A stretch of 64,000 bases of DNA from an uncultured Pseudomonadota bacterium (GTDB taxonomy: Bacteria; Pseudomonadota; Gammaproteobacteria; Burkholderiales; SG8-39). Position numbers and translations under genes: made by a program. Position 1 is the first letter of the stretch; every line of letters begins with the position of its first letter. Shown in pieces: positions 1 through 10,179 of the stretch. The notes below the pieces were generated by a model. The model was given only the letters and a program-made list of their open reading frames with translations, ran no database searches and was not told the origin of the DNA. The DNA is taken from contig CAWFPL010000008.1 of NCBI GenBank assembly GCA_963817785.1, forward strand, positions 1,360,463-1,424,462, in the 5' to 3' direction.

Positions 1-174
1 CAGGGTGACGATGGCGATAATGAACGCAAACGGGAAGTTGTAGGCGAACCCCCAACACAACCGCTGCGGGTTCATGAAGCTCACCCACGTCCAGAGAAGA
101 ATGCCGATATACGGCCGCGCGAGCACGAACGGCAGCGCGCCGAAAATCACCACCGTGACAAAGATGTCTCTCAC
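1..174 (-). CDS. O-antigen-ligase-like membrane protein of the exosortase A-associated type (N-terminal 58 codons only; gene continues past window start)
   Basis: GTG at 174 opens a frame reading VRDIFVTVVIFGALPFVLARPYIGILLWTWVSFMNPQRLCWGFAYNFPFAFIIAIVTL down to base 1. The hydrophobic N-terminus is like putative O-glycosylation ligases of XrtA loci. GTGA overlap with the stop (171-173) of the upstream gene. Absent from the ORF track because it is truncated. Confidence 0.55.
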   Translation of the reverse strand, partial: MRDIFVTVVIFGALPFVLARPYIGILLWTWVSFMNPQRLCWGFAYNFPFAFIIAIVTL

Positions 175-1550
175 CGGCTACTCACCCGACTGGATTGGTC
201 CGCACCGACATGGCTCACCACATACCGGTACTTGCCCGAGACTTCCCTCGGAATTTCTGCCACCTGCTCGATTTCGACGCGCACGTTGCCTCCGAGCCGT
301 TTGCCGATCCCTCTGCGAATCGTTTCTACATTCTCGTCGCTGAAGTCCCGGTCTGTGGCCAACAACACGCGAGTCCTGTCCAGAGTTTCCTGGACGACCT
401 TGAATTGCCGCACCCCGGGGATGTCGCGCACGACGTAGATCATTGCCAGACCGTGCATGACGGTGCCGTCCTGGGCAACGACGAAATCGGTGGTCCTACC
501 CTGAATTTCAGTGAGTAACGGGAGGCCGCGGCCGCAATCGCATTTCCGCTCGCCGAGCACGCCCACATCCCCTGTCCTATAGCGAATGAACGGAAAGTCC
601 TTGGTGGCCAGGTGCGTCACGACGATCTCCCCCTGGCGCCCCGCGCCAAGTGGGCGGCCGCCTTCGTCGACCACCTCGACGATGATGTCCTCGGCTGTGA
701 TGTGCAGACCACCCGCAGGACATTGGTGTGCAATGAATCCGCCTTCCCGGCTTCCGTAGCCGTCAGCGACGGCGCAGGCGAATGCGCGCCCGATCTCGTG
801 CCGCTGCTCTTCGTAGAGCTTTTCCGACGTCACGAAGGCGACTTTGACGCCAAGATCGTCCATCGCCATGCCCCGTCGTCTGGCGTGTCTTGCGATATGG
901 GCGAGCGCCGAAGGATAGCCAAACAACATCTTCGGGCGCCGGCGGCGGATGCGCGCCACGAAAGTGTCCAGCCTCGCATCGGACATTTCGAAAGCCGGCA
1001 GGAGCTCGGTGCGCATCAACGCATCCCGCACTGCCCGCAGACGATCCTGAGCACCCAGTTCGATCGGCGAACCCCAGACCACGATTTCGGGATCTCCGAT
1101 GTCGACCCCCCACCATCGCGTCGCACGCCACTTGGCTCCGACGTCGTGGCTGACGCGCTCGTCGCCAAGGTAAAAGATCAGCGGCTCTCCGCTCGAGCCG
1201 CCCGTATTGCAGCGGGTCAAATGCCGCGCCCGATCGGACTTCAGCTCCTCCAGGTTTGCCCTGATATCCGCTTTGGCGAGTAACGGCAGGCGCGCGAGGT
1301 CGGCGAGCACCCGCAGTTCGCCTGCTGCGAATCGCAGTCGGTTGAAAAGTGCGCGGTAGTACGGCACGTGATCCGCCGCGTGTTGCAGCAAGGCGCGCAG
1401 CCGGTTGAGCTGCCAAGCCTCCAGCCGGTCCCGATCCCACCACTGCGATTGCTCCAGCGACCGGCGAACGGCGAGGGAATCGTGATGTTTCATCCGCTCC
1501 TGCAGCGGAAACAGGAGGCCGGAAATCAACTTCGTGTAGAACGCCGTCAT
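171..1550 (-). CDS. phenylacetate-CoA ligase (PaaK/CapK-like) family adenylate-forming enzyme
   Basis: Internal ATG (MTAFYTKLISGLLFPLQERM...) of ORF 171..1829. Motifs TGGSSGEP, GYGSREGG and YRTGD are typical of the PaaK/F390-synthetase family. ATGA overlap with the upstream GT stop at 1547-1550. Confidence 0.85.
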   Translation of the reverse strand: MTAFYTKLISGLLFPLQERMKHHDSLAVRRSLEQSQWWDRDRLEAWQLNRLRALLQHAADHVPYYRALFNRLRFAAGELRVLADLARLPLLAKADIRANLEELKSDRARHLTRCNTGGSSGEPLIFYLGDERVSHDVGAKWRATRWWGVDIGDPEIVVWGSPIELGAQDRLRAVRDALMRTELLPAFEMSDARLDTFVARIRRRRPKMLFGYPSALAHIARHARRRGMAMDDLGVKVAFVTSEKLYEEQRHEIGRAFACAVADGYGSREGGFIAHQCPAGGLHITAEDIIVEVVDEGGRPLGAGRQGEIVVTHLATKDFPFIRYRTGDVGVLGERKCDCGRGLPLLTEIQGRTTDFVVAQDGTVMHGLAMIYVVRDIPGVRQFKVVQETLDRTRVLLATDRDFSDENVETIRRGIGKRLGGNVRVEIEQVAEIPREVSGKYRYVVSHVGADQSSRVSSR

Positions 1551-2800
1551 CGGCGGCTCCCCTCGCCCGCCGGAAGCCGCATGCCCGAGGTCGGCGTTGA
1601 TCTTGCCAACCGCTGAAATTCTCCGACCAGGATCGCGACGCGGTCCTCCCAGCCGTTGCTCCGCGCGTACGCGAGGATGGCGTCGCGATTCCAAGTCTTG
1701 GTAAGGGCCGTTTCGAGCGCGCCACACAGCGCCGCTCGGTCGCCGAACGGGACGACAATGCCAAGCTCCGGCCGGCAGACCACCTCGGCGTTCCCGCCGA
1801 CATCCGTGGTGACGACCGGGAGGCCGCACGCCATCGCCTCGAGAAAGACGTTCGCCCAGCCTTCGTTACGCGTCGCCAGCACGAAGACGTCGGCCGCGGA
1901 GAGCGGGACTTTCAGTTCCTCCTGAGGAAGGGCACCTAGAAAGCGTACGTGATCCCGCAGGCCAAGCTCCGCGACCCGGGCATGCAGCTGTCTACTTAGG
2001 TCGCCCTCCGGGGAAGGCCCGCCAACAACGACGTATTGCAGGTCGGGGAGCCGTCTCAGTAACGCTGGCAGGCATTCAATCACTCGATGAAAGCCCTTAC
2101 GCTCCACCAGACCCCCGACCGAGATCAGCAGCGGCGCAGCTTGTGGCAGCCCAAGGCTCGATCGCGCATCGTGCTTGGACATCCGCTGAAACTTGTGCAG
2201 GTCGACGCCATTGCCAATGACGCGAACGCCGCGCTCGGGAATGCCGAGGGACACGGCCGTCCGCTTGAGCGACTCCGCCACGGCGAAGATCCGGCCCGCG
2301 CGACGCAGTGCTGTGATGACCCGTCCGCGCAGCGCTCTTGTCGCCGCATGCCGTGCCTCGGTGCCGCGCAAGGTGACCGCAACGGGTACCTTGAGCCACC
2401 GACCGAGCAAGGTCGCCGCGTATCCGTCGGGGTAGGCGAAATGCGCATCGAGCACGTCCAGACGTTCGGCGCGCTTCAACCGCAGCAGCGTCCGGAAACT
2501 CCCGACGGCGACAAAGAAACCATCAAACCGCTTCAAGAGCCCCGGCACCGAGAAGAACCGTGGACGCAAGATCTCGATGCCTGACTGGATTTCGCGGCGC
2601 GGCGCCTCGGGACGATAATTCGGCCTCCAGCGCCGGATCAGGGATTGAAAAGGAAACCACGGCACGGGCGACACGACCGTCAGCGGCAGGAAGGCGCCTA
2701 CACGAAACATCCGCTCGCGCACGAAGACCCCGGCCTGGGGCTGAAGCGGGGCCGGAAATAGCGTGGAGAACACGACTACATGGGGTCTGTCTTGAGTCAT
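1547..2800 (-). CDS. glycosyltransferase (GT-B, Glycos_transf_1/GT4-like)
   Basis: Starts MTQDRPHVVVFSTLFP inside ORF 1547..2914. The C-terminal EGWANVFLEAMACGLPVVTTDVGGNAEVV matches the E-x7-E GT4 signature. TGATG overlap with the upstream gene at 2798-2802. Confidence 0.85.
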   Translation of the reverse strand: MTQDRPHVVVFSTLFPAPLQPQAGVFVRERMFRVGAFLPLTVVSPVPWFPFQSLIRRWRPNYRPEAPRREIQSGIEILRPRFFSVPGLLKRFDGFFVAVGSFRTLLRLKRAERLDVLDAHFAYPDGYAATLLGRWLKVPVAVTLRGTEARHAATRALRGRVITALRRAGRIFAVAESLKRTAVSLGIPERGVRVIGNGVDLHKFQRMSKHDARSSLGLPQAAPLLISVGGLVERKGFHRVIECLPALLRRLPDLQYVVVGGPSPEGDLSRQLHARVAELGLRDHVRFLGALPQEELKVPLSAADVFVLATRNEGWANVFLEAMACGLPVVTTDVGGNAEVVCRPELGIVVPFGDRAALCGALETALTKTWNRDAILAYARSNGWEDRVAILVGEFQRLARSTPTSGMRLPAGEGSRR

Positions 2801-4011
2801 CAGCCGGCTGCCCCCCGAAGCTGAGCGTAGACCCTGCGATATCGCTCGACACTGCCCTGCCAATTCCGTTCGGCTTCGACGAAGCGGCGTGCGCGGGCAC
2901 GCAGTCCGCTCCACTCCGATGGTTGCGCGAGCACGCGGAGCACCGCGTCCGCGAGCGCCTCGGTGCTGCCGGCCCGGAACAGGGTCCCCGTTTCTCCGTC
3001 GCGGATCAATTCGCGGTGCCCGCCCACATCTGAGGCCACCAACAATTGCCCCTGCGCCATCGCCTCAAGCGGCTTGAGTGGCGTGACCAGCTCGGTCAGG
3101 CGCATCGAGTACCGCGGGTAGGCCAGAACGTCGATCAGGCCGTAGTAGCGATACACATCGGCATGCGCAACCCGGCCTGAAAAGATGACCTGGCCGGCGA
3201 TGCCAAGACGCCCGGCCATCTGCCTGAGCACGTCTTCCTGAGGTCCTCCGCCGACCAAAAGCACGCGAGCCTCCGGGCGGACGGCGAGGATGGGAGGCAA
3301 TGCGCCTAGCAGCAGGTCGAGTCCCTCGTACGCATAGAAGGATCCGATGAAACCGATGGTTGTTTTTCCGCCGAGCCCCAACTGGGCGCGTAGCGACTCA
3401 TCCGGTTCGCCGCAGAACTTGAAGGCGTTGACATCCACGGCATTGGGGATCACTGTCACGCGGTCCGCGGGGACCTCCCGGCCTATGATTTCCCGGCGCA
3501 GGCCCTCACAGATGGTCGTCACCGCGTCTGCTCGCCGCAGGGCGTAAGTCTCGAGCGCGCGCGAAAGCCGGTAACGCACCCCGCCGTCCCGCGCCGTGCC
3601 GTGATCGACCGCCGCATCCTCCCAGAAAGCGCGCACCTCGTAGACCACTGGAATGCGGTATCGCCGGCCGACACGCAATGCCGGGATCGCGTTGAGCACC
3701 GGCGAATGCGCGTGGATCACATCCGGTCGGTGCTGCCGAACGATCTCCTCGATGCGGCGCGCCGTCCGTTCCATGAGGCGCAGTTCCCTGACGATCGGGA
3801 TCCTCGAAAGCGGCGACGGGGCCATCGGCGTACGAAAAAACTTCCATTCCTCCACCTCCTCCTCGCGAGCCTGCGTTCCGATGTGCTTCGGTGAAGTGAG
3901 ATGCAACGTCTCCCATCCGAGCGCGCGTTGCTCGCGCAGGATCGCCAGCGTCCGGAAGGTGTACCCGCTGTGCAGCGGGATCGAGTGATCGAGCACGTGC
4001 AGAATTCGCAT
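2800..4011 (-). CDS. glycosyltransferase, exosortase A (XrtA) system-associated type
   Basis: Starts MRILHVLDHSIPLHSGYTFRT, the characteristic N-terminus of the XrtA-associated GT family. GT4 C-terminal half (LEAMAQGQLLVASDVGGHRELI). Confidence 0.85.
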   Translation of the reverse strand: MRILHVLDHSIPLHSGYTFRTLAILREQRALGWETLHLTSPKHIGTQAREEEVEEWKFFRTPMAPSPLSRIPIVRELRLMERTARRIEEIVRQHRPDVIHAHSPVLNAIPALRVGRRYRIPVVYEVRAFWEDAAVDHGTARDGGVRYRLSRALETYALRRADAVTTICEGLRREIIGREVPADRVTVIPNAVDVNAFKFCGEPDESLRAQLGLGGKTTIGFIGSFYAYEGLDLLLGALPPILAVRPEARVLLVGGGPQEDVLRQMAGRLGIAGQVIFSGRVAHADVYRYYGLIDVLAYPRYSMRLTELVTPLKPLEAMAQGQLLVASDVGGHRELIRDGETGTLFRAGSTEALADAVLRVLAQPSEWSGLRARARRFVEAERNWQGSVERYRRVYAQLRGAAG

Positions 4012-4086
4012 ATGCAGCTCTATTGCGTCGCCCGGGAAAGCAATGCCCCGGGAACTTCGACGGGATGCTCGCCGCACATGGCGCCC

Positions 4087-6033
4087 TCACGCCGCCGAAT
4101 GAAGCAAGCGTTCCGGCGGTCCGCTGTCGCCCACGGACTGCTGCGCGCGTGCGTTGGCAAGGAAGGCCTGAAACATCAGCAAGCTCCATAGCGGCGCGGC
4201 GTAATCCCTGGCGCCGGACTGATGCGCGCCGACCAGGTGCCGAAGATACTTTTCATTAAAGAAGCCGGTCTCGGCCAGATCCGGGCCGAGGACCGCGTCG
4301 CGGACACGCTCTCTTAACGGGCCCCGGAACCATTGCGCCAGCGGCACGGCAAAGCCCATCTTCGGACGGTACATGATCTCGCGCGCCAGGTACGGCTCCA
4401 TCGCCTTCTTGAGCAGAAACTTTCCCTCCTGCCCGCGGACCTTGAGCGAGGACGGAAGGCTCGCCAGCCATTCCACCAAGGGGTGATCCATCAGCGGCTC
4501 CCTGACTTCGAGCGAGTGGGCCATGCTGGCCCGGTCCACCTTGGTGTTGATGTCGCCGACCAGATAGGTCTTCAGGTCGAGATACTGCACGAGCGCGAGC
4601 GTGTCGTCGGTCCCGGCGCGGCAGGCATGGCGCCGGAATACCTCCGCCGCGGAGTAGCCGCCCAAGCGCGCCTTGAAGCCGTTGCTGTAGAGCTGGCCGC
4701 GCATGTCATCGCGCAGGACGGACACGCTGTGGAAGTACGCGTCCACCGAGGTACGCGCAAGCGCCTGAAAGGTCGATTTGGCGCGGAACACCCGCGGCGC
4801 CCAGTCGGCCTTCGGATACATCCGGCCGAGCAGGCCAAAGGCCGGCCGCCGGACGGAAATGGGCAAGGCGCTCCGCAGCCGCTCCTCCATGGCGTGCAGG
4901 CGGTAGCGCCGGTACCCGGCGAAGCTCTCGTCGCCGCCGTCGCCGGACAGCGCGACCGTCACATGCCGGCGGGCGAGCTGACAGACGCGGTAGGTCGGCA
5001 GCGCGGAGCTGTCCGCATAAGGCTCGTCGTAAGTCCGGGCGAGGACGTCGATGAGGTCGAAATCGTCACTGTCCACCGCGTCGACAAAGTGCCGCGTGCG
5101 GTATCGCGTCGCCACCTGCCGCGCGAACGCCGTCTCATCGAAGGCCGGATCGCTGAACGAGATCGAACACGTGTTTACGGGTTCCGCGCTCACGCCGGCC
5201 ATCATCGCGACCACCGCGCTGGAATCCACACCGCCGGAGAGAAAGGCGCCGAGCGGCACCTCGGAGATCATGCGCAGCCGGATCGACTCGCGCAGGCGAT
5301 CGACCAGCTCCGCCTGAGCCTCGCGCTCGCCGATCGGGTTGTCGAGGGTGAAGCGCACATCCCAGTATTCTCTGGGTTCGGGGACGGGCCGGCCGCGCCG
5401 GATCGTCAGAGTGTGGGCCGGGGGCAGCTTGTGCGCGTCGCTATAGATGGTGCGCGGCTCGGGGATGTAGCCGAGGGCGAAATACTCTTCGATTGCAATC
5501 GGATCGAGCGCGCGTCGGAGGCGTGGATGCGCCAGCAGCGCCTTGAGCTCGGAGGCGAAGACCAGCAGCCCCTCCGGCAATAGCGCGTAATGGAGCGGCT
5601 TCACGCCCAGCCGGTCCCGGGCAAGAAACAGCGTCTCCCGATTGCGGTCCCACAGTGCAAAAGCGAACATGCCGCGAAACCGCTCGACACAGGCTTCGCC
5701 CCACTCCTCCCATGCGTGAACGATCACCTCGGTGTCGCTCCTGGTGCGGAAGGCGTGACCAAGACCGGCGAGCTCCGGAATCAGCTCCTGATAGTTGTAG
5801 ATCTCGCCGTTGAACACCACCACCACGCTGCCGTCCTCGTTGAAGAGCGGCTGTTGCCCGGTGGAGAGATCGATGATAGAAAGCCGACGATGGCCCAGGC
5901 CGAGTCCCGGCTCGACGTGAAGCCCGCTCTCGTCGGGCCCGCGGTGGTGCTGGGTCTCGTTCATGCGCGAGACGAGATTGCGTGCGATCGCCCGCGCACC
6001 CGACACGTCCATGATGCCGACTATCCCGCACAT
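4087..6033 (-). CDS. asparagine synthase (glutamine-hydrolysing) family; XrtA/PEP-CTERM system amidotransferase
   Basis: 648 aa. N-terminal MCGIVG Ntn-amidotransferase nucleophile and the SGGVDSS PP-loop. Its position between GTs next to xrtA is canonical. Confidence 0.9.
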   Translation of the reverse strand: MCGIVGIMDVSGARAIARNLVSRMNETQHHRGPDESGLHVEPGLGLGHRRLSIIDLSTGQQPLFNEDGSVVVVFNGEIYNYQELIPELAGLGHAFRTRSDTEVIVHAWEEWGEACVERFRGMFAFALWDRNRETLFLARDRLGVKPLHYALLPEGLLVFASELKALLAHPRLRRALDPIAIEEYFALGYIPEPRTIYSDAHKLPPAHTLTIRRGRPVPEPREYWDVRFTLDNPIGEREAQAELVDRLRESIRLRMISEVPLGAFLSGGVDSSAVVAMMAGVSAEPVNTCSISFSDPAFDETAFARQVATRYRTRHFVDAVDSDDFDLIDVLARTYDEPYADSSALPTYRVCQLARRHVTVALSGDGGDESFAGYRRYRLHAMEERLRSALPISVRRPAFGLLGRMYPKADWAPRVFRAKSTFQALARTSVDAYFHSVSVLRDDMRGQLYSNGFKARLGGYSAAEVFRRHACRAGTDDTLALVQYLDLKTYLVGDINTKVDRASMAHSLEVREPLMDHPLVEWLASLPSSLKVRGQEGKFLLKKAMEPYLAREIMYRPKMGFAVPLAQWFRGPLRERVRDAVLGPDLAETGFFNEKYLRHLVGAHQSGARDYAAPLWSLLMFQAFLANARAQQSVGDSGPPERLLHSAA

Positions 6034-6051
6034 GTCAGGTTGGTCCCGGAT

Positions 6052-7278
6052 TCAGTGAGGGGCGGTACGGGTTGGCACTGAACCGACCGCCCCTTCGAAC
6101 GGTTCAGTGCTTCCAGGCGGCACGGGGATACCTGCGGCGGCGAGTGCGCGCTCGTACAGGTTCGCGTAGTCCGCTACCATGCGCGCGAGGCTGAAGCGGT
6201 TCTCGGCAACGCGATGCGCCGCTCGCGCATGGCGGCGCGCGCTCGCCTGGTCGTTGAAGTAACCAAGCATCGCGTCCGCGAGCGCCTCGCTGTTGGCCGG
6301 CGGAACGAGCATTCCGGTCATCCCGGACTCGATGAGCTCCGAATTGCCGCCCACCCTGGTTGCGACAACGGGCAGCCGGCTTGCCATCGCTTCGAGAATC
6401 GTGTTGGAGACCCCCTCTGCCAGCGAGGGGAGCACGAAGCAATCGAGCCCGCGCATGATGTCCGGGACGTCGGCACGTTCGCCGGCGAACCACACCCGCT
6501 CGCGAACCCCCGCGCGATCCAGCACGGCATTGACCTCTTCACGCAAAGCGCCGTCCCCGACCAGGATCAGTCTGAGCTGCTTCGCCGCAGCGGGCTGGAG
6601 TATGAGCGCCCGGACGAACGCACGCGCCAGATTGAGCGGATCCTTGATCGCCTCCATGCGGCCGACCGAGCCGATCAGCCACTGCCCGGGCCCGCCAAAG
6701 GGGCAGCCGGGGATCGTTGGCCTGGGTTCGGCGGCGGGGCGGAAGCGGTCAGTATCCACGCCGTTGTAGATTTGGGAAATATTGGAGGCAGCCACGCCCA
6801 CTTGTCGCTCGAGGTACTGCTCGAGATGTCGCGAGAGCGCGACGTAGCGGGTGACGAACGGGCGATAGATCCTGCGGACGTAACGGTAGCGCTGCCGATG
6901 TCCGGCGGGATCGTGGATGTCCCAGCCGTGTTCTCCGTGGATGCGCACCGGTACGCCTGCGGCCCATGCCGGCGCGACGGCTTCGAGCGCCGCGAGGTTT
7001 CTCGTGTGCACCACCGCCGGGCGAAGTTCCCTCAGCAAGCGATATAAGCGCGGGTAGTACCGCAGGAGGTGGCCGGACCGTTTTTCGAGCGCGATGCTGT
7101 GAACATCCGCCCGCTCGATGCGCGCGGCGAATTCCGCGGAGACATCGGTCAGCGCCAGGATCGCATGACGCCAGCGCCGTTTCGGCATGCGGTTGACGAG
7201 GTTGACGATGCCGTTCTCGAGCCCGCCCATGCCGAAGCGATAAACGACGTGGACGATCAGCGGCGGCGGCGCGGACAT
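6052..7278 (-). CDS. glycosyltransferase, PEP-CTERM/XrtA system-associated type
   Basis: Internal ATG (MSAPPPLIVHVVYRFGMGGLENGIVNLVN...) of ORF 6052..7629. C-terminal EGVSNTILEAMASRLPVVATRVGGNSELI. Confidence 0.85.
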   Translation of the reverse strand: MSAPPPLIVHVVYRFGMGGLENGIVNLVNRMPKRRWRHAILALTDVSAEFAARIERADVHSIALEKRSGHLLRYYPRLYRLLRELRPAVVHTRNLAALEAVAPAWAAGVPVRIHGEHGWDIHDPAGHRQRYRYVRRIYRPFVTRYVALSRHLEQYLERQVGVAASNISQIYNGVDTDRFRPAAEPRPTIPGCPFGGPGQWLIGSVGRMEAIKDPLNLARAFVRALILQPAAAKQLRLILVGDGALREEVNAVLDRAGVRERVWFAGERADVPDIMRGLDCFVLPSLAEGVSNTILEAMASRLPVVATRVGGNSELIESGMTGMLVPPANSEALADAMLGYFNDQASARRHARAAHRVAENRFSLARMVADYANLYERALAAAGIPVPPGSTEPFEGAVGSVPTRTAPH

Positions 7279-7288
7279 GCCGATTTCC

Positions 7289-8893
7289 TCACCGGACCCG
7301 AGGTTCGGCTGCACCGTCGCCAGCCTCTGCTCGGGCCAGCGCGAGGTCGATCGACGGCAGCATCTCGCGGGCGAACTGCCGCAACGTTTCTTCGGCATCC
7401 TCGCGGTGCCCGCCATAGGGCGTGGAAAGGATGATCGCCGCTCCGTCATCACCGCGGTCGAGCAGCCGGTCGCGCGCGAGCAGGAGCTTCGCCAGATAGG
7501 GGTTGCTGAGGTCGCGTCCGGAAATGCGGAACCAGTCCCAGACCAGCAGGTGTTGGGTGGCCGATCGAAGCCGCGTCTCGCGGATAGCCACCGGCCCTTG
7601 GCCGAGATCCTCCGTGCGCCGCGACTCACCGATGTTTTCCCAGACGGGGTCCTTCTGCACCACCATGACGTTGGTGGTGGTCACGAGCTCGGCGCCTTGG
7701 TGCTGATGGCGGTAATAGCCCAGGTAGAGCGCCACCTCGCGGTCGCCCTTGCGATACACATCGAAGAGACTCGCCGAAGCGCCGGCGTAACGCGGGCGCC
7801 AGTTGGTGAGGGGAATCGCGTCGAGCGTCCAGCCGGACGCGCCGGAGGGGCTCGCAAGGACCGGCGTGCCACTCGCCCGGCTCGCCTGGTCGAGATGTGC
7901 CGCCCAAAGCGGCCACGCCGCCGCGATCGCGACCGCAGCAATGGCCGTGCCCGCCATGCGTCCACCGGAGCGCCGTGGCACACGCGGTAAAGAAGTGCTG
8001 GTGTCGCGGGAAGCGCCCGGCGCAGGGTCGCGCCAGAATGAGCCGATCCAAAAAAGCAAGAAGATGATGAGCCCGAAGAACACCCAGCCGTAGATCAGGT
8101 GGTCAATCCCCAGGGCGAGCCCCCTGTCAATGAAGGTGGCGATCATAATGATCGTGTAGGCCCTTAGACCGTTCGCGATGATCGGCACAATCCCGGAAAC
8201 GACGATGAACAGCGCCCGCTTCGTGAATCGCTGATAGGTGAGATACGCGTAGAGGGTACCCACTGTTATCGAGGCGATCAGGTAGCGCAATCCGCTGCAG
8301 CCTTCCACCACGGACCAGCTTCCGGAGGGGATCGTGAAGAAGGTACCCTCCTGAAAAACGGGTATTCCCGAGAGCCGGAGCGCGACGACGCTGAAGTGGG
8401 CCGTCCAGGCCATGAGTGGCGGAATCAGCACCTCGCCAACCGGAACCCCGAGCAGCAGGAACGCAAGCGGAAAGGCGAGCGTGAGTGCGACCCGGCGCCC
8501 CGCGACGGCAACCACCGCGGCCGGGATCATGGCCGTCATGGCGTACTGCTGGACCACCTGGACCTGGCCGGCCGATGCGACCAGCCAGGCCAGGCCGGCG
8601 AGCGCAAGCATCACGAGGCCGAGCGCGTCGGGCGCGGGGACGGTCTTCGCGACCTCGCGCCGTCTCATCCAGACCAGGACGATTGCGATGGGGACAATCA
8701 GGAAGCCGTGCGCGAAGGTCTCGGAACGCCACCAGATCGCGACGATCGACTCCGCGGTGCGCCAGTAAATGGCGAGGATGATCGCGATCACCGCAATGGT
8801 GAGCGGCAGCGCGACCCGCCAGCCAATGTCCTCCGGCCCCGGCCGGCTGATCGGCTCGTGAATCCGCAGCAGCGCTTCGGTCTCGGCGCTCAT
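7289..8893 (-). CDS. xrtA: exosortase A (XrtA/EpsH) fused to a C-terminal EpsI-family domain
   Basis: 534 aa. Polytopic N-terminal half carries the exosortase signature residues EGCSG (Cys199, nt 8297-8299), NGLR (Arg244) and DH (His265). The C-terminal ~220 aa (about 7289-7950) resemble EpsI (…YRKGDREVALYLGYYRHQ…LLVWDWFRISG…). Confidence 0.9.
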   Translation of the reverse strand: MSAETEALLRIHEPISRPGPEDIGWRVALPLTIAVIAIILAIYWRTAESIVAIWWRSETFAHGFLIVPIAIVLVWMRRREVAKTVPAPDALGLVMLALAGLAWLVASAGQVQVVQQYAMTAMIPAAVVAVAGRRVALTLAFPLAFLLLGVPVGEVLIPPLMAWTAHFSVVALRLSGIPVFQEGTFFTIPSGSWSVVEGCSGLRYLIASITVGTLYAYLTYQRFTKRALFIVVSGIVPIIANGLRAYTIIMIATFIDRGLALGIDHLIYGWVFFGLIIFLLFWIGSFWRDPAPGASRDTSTSLPRVPRRSGGRMAGTAIAAVAIAAAWPLWAAHLDQASRASGTPVLASPSGASGWTLDAIPLTNWRPRYAGASASLFDVYRKGDREVALYLGYYRHQHQGAELVTTTNVMVVQKDPVWENIGESRRTEDLGQGPVAIRETRLRSATQHLLVWDWFRISGRDLSNPYLAKLLLARDRLLDRGDDGAAIILSTPYGGHREDAEETLRQFAREMLPSIDLALARAEAGDGAAEPRVR

Positions 8894-8899
8894 GTGAGA

Positions 8900-10162
8900 T
8901 CACTTCATCGGCAGCGCATACCGGGCGTCGCCTGCGGCAGCGGACGTGGCGGTACGGGGAGGGTCAGCGCCGCGCTGCAGCAGCTCGTCAAGCTGCTTCA
9001 GGCTCGCCGTCCACGCGTAGTCCCTCAGCACCCGCGCGCGCGCGCGGTTCCCGATATCGGACGCCCTCGCGGGATCCATCAGCGAAAGCACCTTGGTCGC
9101 GAAATCGAGCGGGTCCGATGCGACTTCAAGCTCTTCGCCCTGCCGGACCGACAGGGCAGCGGCCGAGGCCGCGGTCACGACAACCGGTTTGGCCATGGCC
9201 ATGGCTTCGAGCACCTTGTTCTGGATGCCTCGCGCCACCCGCAACGGTGCCACGACGGCCCGGGCATGCTGCAAATAGGGTCGCACGTCCTCGACGCGAC
9301 CTGTGACGCATGTCGCGACGTCGTTCTCCAGCGCCCGCACTGCCGGTTCGGGATTCATCCCGACAATGTAAAAGCGGATGGATGCGTCGCTCCTGCGCAC
9401 CTCGGGCAGCACCTCGCGTGCAAACCAGAGCACGGCATCGACATTGGGCCAGTAATCCATCGTTCCCGTAAAGACGACGGGCTTTTCTTCTGCCGGGAAC
9501 GGCGAATCGAACTTCTGGAGCGGCGAGAAGTATTCGCTATCAACGCCGTTGCGGATCGCCACGACGCGATGCGCCGGCTCGGGGATCTCGCTGCAAAAGC
9601 GACGCGCCTCTTCCTCCGTGACAAAGATGCTCGCCTCTGCGTGCGAAGAAACGTGGCGCTCGTACGCAAGCAGGCGACTCGCCTCAAGCTTATAGAACGC
9701 AGAGGCTGGCCATTTTCTGCGTAAGGCGTACTCGCCCCACTTCGCCGAGTCCATGTCCACGAAGTCCACGAAGCTTCGCATCCCGGGCAGATGGAGCACG
9801 TATTGCGCCATCGGGGAGGAATAGGCAAACGCGCGTGTGATGCGCTCGCGACGGACCGTTTCCAAAACCCATTTGCCCAATTCACGGCTGCGAAAGTACG
9901 GCAAGCTCAACGCTTCGCCGCCCAGCATGCCTGCCGCACTCGCTAAACGTTTCCACCGTGGAACAATCGGCTCAACATGCAATTCAGCACACAGCGGCCT
10001 TAGGGCGTCGAGGTGCTTCCAGTCAGCAGGGTCGTCGATGAAAGTGCCCAGAAAGATCCGGTGCTGCTCGGCGAGATGTCGGAGGAAGTGATAGGAACGC
10101 ACCTTGTCCCCCTTGTTGGGGGGATACGGAATCCTGTGGGCAAGGAACAGGAGCGGTTCCAT
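8900..10162 (-). CDS. glycosyltransferase, PEP-CTERM/XrtA system-associated type
   Basis: 420 aa. N-terminus MEPLLFLAHRIPYPPNKGDKVRSYHFLRHL is characteristic of the family found directly upstream of xrtA. Confidence 0.85.
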   Translation of the reverse strand: MEPLLFLAHRIPYPPNKGDKVRSYHFLRHLAEQHRIFLGTFIDDPADWKHLDALRPLCAELHVEPIVPRWKRLASAAGMLGGEALSLPYFRSRELGKWVLETVRRERITRAFAYSSPMAQYVLHLPGMRSFVDFVDMDSAKWGEYALRRKWPASAFYKLEASRLLAYERHVSSHAEASIFVTEEEARRFCSEIPEPAHRVVAIRNGVDSEYFSPLQKFDSPFPAEEKPVVFTGTMDYWPNVDAVLWFAREVLPEVRRSDASIRFYIVGMNPEPAVRALENDVATCVTGRVEDVRPYLQHARAVVAPLRVARGIQNKVLEAMAMAKPVVVTAASAAALSVRQGEELEVASDPLDFATKVLSLMDPARASDIGNRARARVLRDYAWTASLKQLDELLQRGADPPRTATSAAAGDARYALPMK

Positions 10163-10179
10163 GGAAAACGCGGGGCAGC

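Noticed and set aside
171-1829. N-terminal extensions of many ORF-track entries. Examples: 171..1829, 1547..2914, 6052..7629, 32426..33643, 33106..34248, 44327..46063, 45205..46305, 47129..49024, 56275..57564.
   Set aside because: The extensions are Arg/Pro-rich, overlap the upstream gene and precede a conserved family N-terminus that has its own ATG/GTG, RBS or stop-start overlap. I used the internal starts.
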